NCBI GenBank assembly: GCA_038087875.1
Contig: CM075989.1
Coordinates: forward strand, 21,082,001-21,146,000
Reading direction: 5' to 3'
DNA: 64,000 bases
DNA from: Malacoraja senta
Taxonomy: Eukaryota
Each line of letters starts with the position of its first letter. Position 1 is the first letter of the stretch. The notes under the pieces were generated by a model that worked only from the letters and a program-made list of their open reading frames with translations, had not been told where the DNA came from and searched no databases. Position numbers and translations under genes: made by a program. Shown here piece after piece: positions 61,322-64,000 of this stretch.

Positions 61322-61655
61322 TCAGTTCAGTTCAGTTTAGTTTATTGTCATGTGTACTGAGGTACAGTGAAAAGCCTTTGCTGCATGCTACCCAGTCAGT
61401 GGAAAGACAATACATGATTACAATTGAGCCATTTACAGTGTATAGATACATGATAAGGGAATAACGTTTAGTGCAAGGTAAAGCCAGTAAAGTCCCATCA
61501 AAGATAGTGCGAGGGTCACCAATGAGGTAGATAGTAGTTCAGGACTGCTCTCTGGTTGTGGTGGGATGATTCAGTTGCCTGATAACAGCTGGGAAGAAAC
61601 TGTCTCTGAATCTGGAGGTGTGCGTTTTCACACTTCTATACCTTTTGCCCGAGAG
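61322..61655 (-). mobile_element. Rex1-like 3' end (related tails at about 12010-12600, 16556-16817, 27058-27600, 56297-56503)
   Basis: SGKRYRSVKTHTSRFRDSFFPAVIRQLN and the same 3' UTR as 24480-24882. Confidence 0.8.
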
Positions 61656-62835
61656 GTTCGTACGGAGTTTGTACATGTGACCCCGGGGGGGGTTTCTGGG
61701 TGCTCCGGTTACCTCCCGCACTCCAAAGTCGTACAGGTTTGCAGTTAATTGGCTTTGGTAAAAATTGTAAATTGTCCCAAGTGCATAGTGTGCGGGGGTG
61801 GTCGCTGGTCGACGTGGACTTGGTGGGCTGAAGGGCCTGTTTCCGTGCTGTATGCCTCAAGTATAATTTATTAAAAAACACCTTAATAATTGTGATAAAA
61901 CCTTTTCAGATGACGCCACATTTCCGTGACTTGTAACAAATGTAAGTCCATATGTTTTGGTTAATGGCATTGGTAATAAACATATTGGCTCAGGCAAATG
62001 CCGGCAGCGGCCAATATTGTTGGTGTTTCTTTTTAATCATTTCAGCTCAGAATTCCTTTTGAAAGGATAAGCAACAGCTGTCTGGTTTCCTGTGTGCTGT
62101 TGGATCTCGCAGAGTTACAGAAATCTACACTGAAATTCTCGGAACACATGAATATCAAATGGAGTTTTGAAAAAAGCAAATGAATACCTTTTTAAGCGGT
62201 GACATTTCCAGGCAGCATATGGTTGCAAGCTCAGGGGACAGTGGTTTTTTTGATGAATGTGTCCCATTGAAGACTGAGTCTGGTGGTAGGCAGATGTCAC
62301 CCAACGCTTTCTCTTATGAAATGATAATGTAAACCCTTTAACGTAGAAGCTACAGTCAGAAGCATTGATTCCCTCCTGATCCACACTTTTGGATATCAGT
62401 GAAGATACATACAAGGAACAAACACAGTCCCCAAACTGTACTAAAAATAAAGGTTTAGCGTTAAAGGGAAAAAAATAATCTTATTGTTATTTTACATTTA
62501 GTTGATACACCTAGAGTGCTCTGTGTGGTTAGTGACGATCTGTTTCAATAAAATCAAAGTTATATGAATGTGAAGGACCAAACACATCAATGAATTAAGG
62601 ACATTCTCACGCATTTGTGCCTTGCTTACCTTTGTGACCACATTTATTTCCATAGTCTTTTCTTTTCTGTCAAAATGCAAGGAGTCTTCCCAAAGTGGTT
62701 ATTCACAATATTCCTTTGACTTGTTTTAGTTTTTTACACTTTTACGCAAATAACGGTGATCACCCTGTTTTACATCTTTGCTAGAAACACTGTTTTTGTT
62801 GCTACTTCTCCACAACAGAACTTTTACATCCAGTT

Positions 62836-63527
62836 AGGGCGGCACGGTGGCGCAGCGGTACGGTTGCTGCCTTATAGCGCCAGAGACCCGGGTTCGATCC
62901 CGACTACGGGTGCCGTCTGTACGGAGATTCTATGTTCTCCCCGTGACCTGCGTGGGTTTTCTCCGGGTGCTCCGGTTTCCTCCCACACTCCAAAGACGTA
63001 CAGGTTTGTAGAATAATTGGCTTTGGTATAATTGTAAATTGTCCCTAGTGTGTGTAGGATAGTGTAACGGGCCTGTCCCACTTAGGCTATTTTTAGACGA
63101 CTGCCGGCGACTGTCATAGTCGTAGCAGGTCGCCGAAAAAACGGCGACTGGACCCCCCTTCGACATAAAATTTGAAATAGAATCATTACTTGAACAACAA
63201 AAAAAAATGAAGTCAGCACCGGCGACAACCTATGTCATCCTGATGACAACCTACGACAGCTCCTACGTCAGGAGAAGTCAAGCTACGCTCATTGGCGTCA
63301 AACCCAGCGGCGACCAGAAAAACGCTACGACTCTTTGGGCGACTGAGGAGACGACTCACGACCATACAGGCAACACCCTGGTGACCGTTTGGCGACAGCC
63401 TAGTCGCCTGTAGTCGCCTAAAAAATAACCTAAGTGGGACAGGGGCATAAGTGTGCTGGGATTGCTGTTCGGTGTGGACTCGGTGAGCTGAAGGGCCTGT
63501 TTCTGCTCTGTATCTCTAAACTAAACT
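62836..63527 (+). mobile_element. HE1-like SINE split by a MITE
   Basis: GGGCGGCACGGTGGCGCAGCGG head; the tail resumes at 63448. Confidence 0.92.
63068..63447. mobile_element. PIF/Harbinger-type MITE, family C-related, inside a SINE
   Basis: CGGGCCTGTCCCACTTAGG...CCTAAGTGGGACAGG with a TAA TSD and many GGCGAC/GTCGCC motifs. Confidence 0.87.
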
Positions 63528-63549
63528 ACTTCTGAATAATGTTAATCCT

Positions 63550-64000
63550 TTTTAGTTTTAGGTTTAGGTTCATTATTATTGAGGTGATGCGCTGAGGTAC
63601 TGTGAAACATTTTTTTTTGCATGCGTACTCATTAAATCAGATATCGCTGTACACAAATACATTTGAGCCAAGCTCAGGTACAATAGGTGGAGTGAAGAGA
63701 GAGAGAGTGCAGAATATAATTCTCACCGTTGTAGCGGAACTGTTCCAGAGACAAAGTCCAATGTTCACACTGAGGTAGAGGAGTAAATCGGACAGTACCC
63801 TGGCTTATGGAAGGACTGTTCGGAAACCTGTTAACAGAGGGGAAGAAGCTGTTCCTGAGTCTGGTGGTGCGCGGTTTCAGGCTTCTGCAACTTCTGACCG
63901 ACAGGAGCGGGGCGAAGAAGGAATGACTGGGGTAGAAAAAGGCCTTTGATTTTGTTAGCTGCTTTCCCGAGGCAGTGCGTAGTGTAGATGGAGTCACTGG
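63550..64000 (-). mobile_element. Rex1-like LINE 3' fragment running off the window edge
   Basis: HSFFAPLLS.R..RSLKPRTTRLRNSFFPSVNR plus 3' UTR. Confidence 0.8.

Noticed and set aside
62836..62910. tRNA-like sequence with A and B boxes
   Set aside because: It continues into SINE body and tail and recurs about 25 times. It is a SINE head, not a tRNA gene.

Overview
Eukaryotic, AT-rich, repeat-dense genomic DNA, most likely from a cartilaginous fish (skate/ray). This rests on about 25 HE1-like tRNA-derived SINEs that share their 3' tail with HER1/CR1-type LINEs. I can identify no host protein-coding exon, so the window looks intronic or intergenic. It holds one 3.1-kb 5'-truncated CR1 LINE (APE + RT, one frameshift), many CR1 3' fragments, Rex1-like, Tx1-like and a divergent L2/CR1-group LINE fragments, and about 20 Penelope-derived repeats with hammerhead-ribozyme-type cores. 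It also holds five PIF/Harbinger-type MITEs, a composite non-autonomous Helitron, a pogo/Tigger-like remnant, an old Deu-domain SINE fragment, an HMGN processed pseudogene, microsatellites and a 200-N gap. The most notable observations are the Penelope hammerhead/fold-back insertions with 11-16 bp TSDs, the Helitron with two 5' ends, two unrelated MITEs in the same SINE site, the CR1-HMGN fusion, a G-U-compensated hairpin and a T>C-hypermutated SINE. Family names come from recalled motifs, not database searches, and the edges of degraded repeats are approximate.
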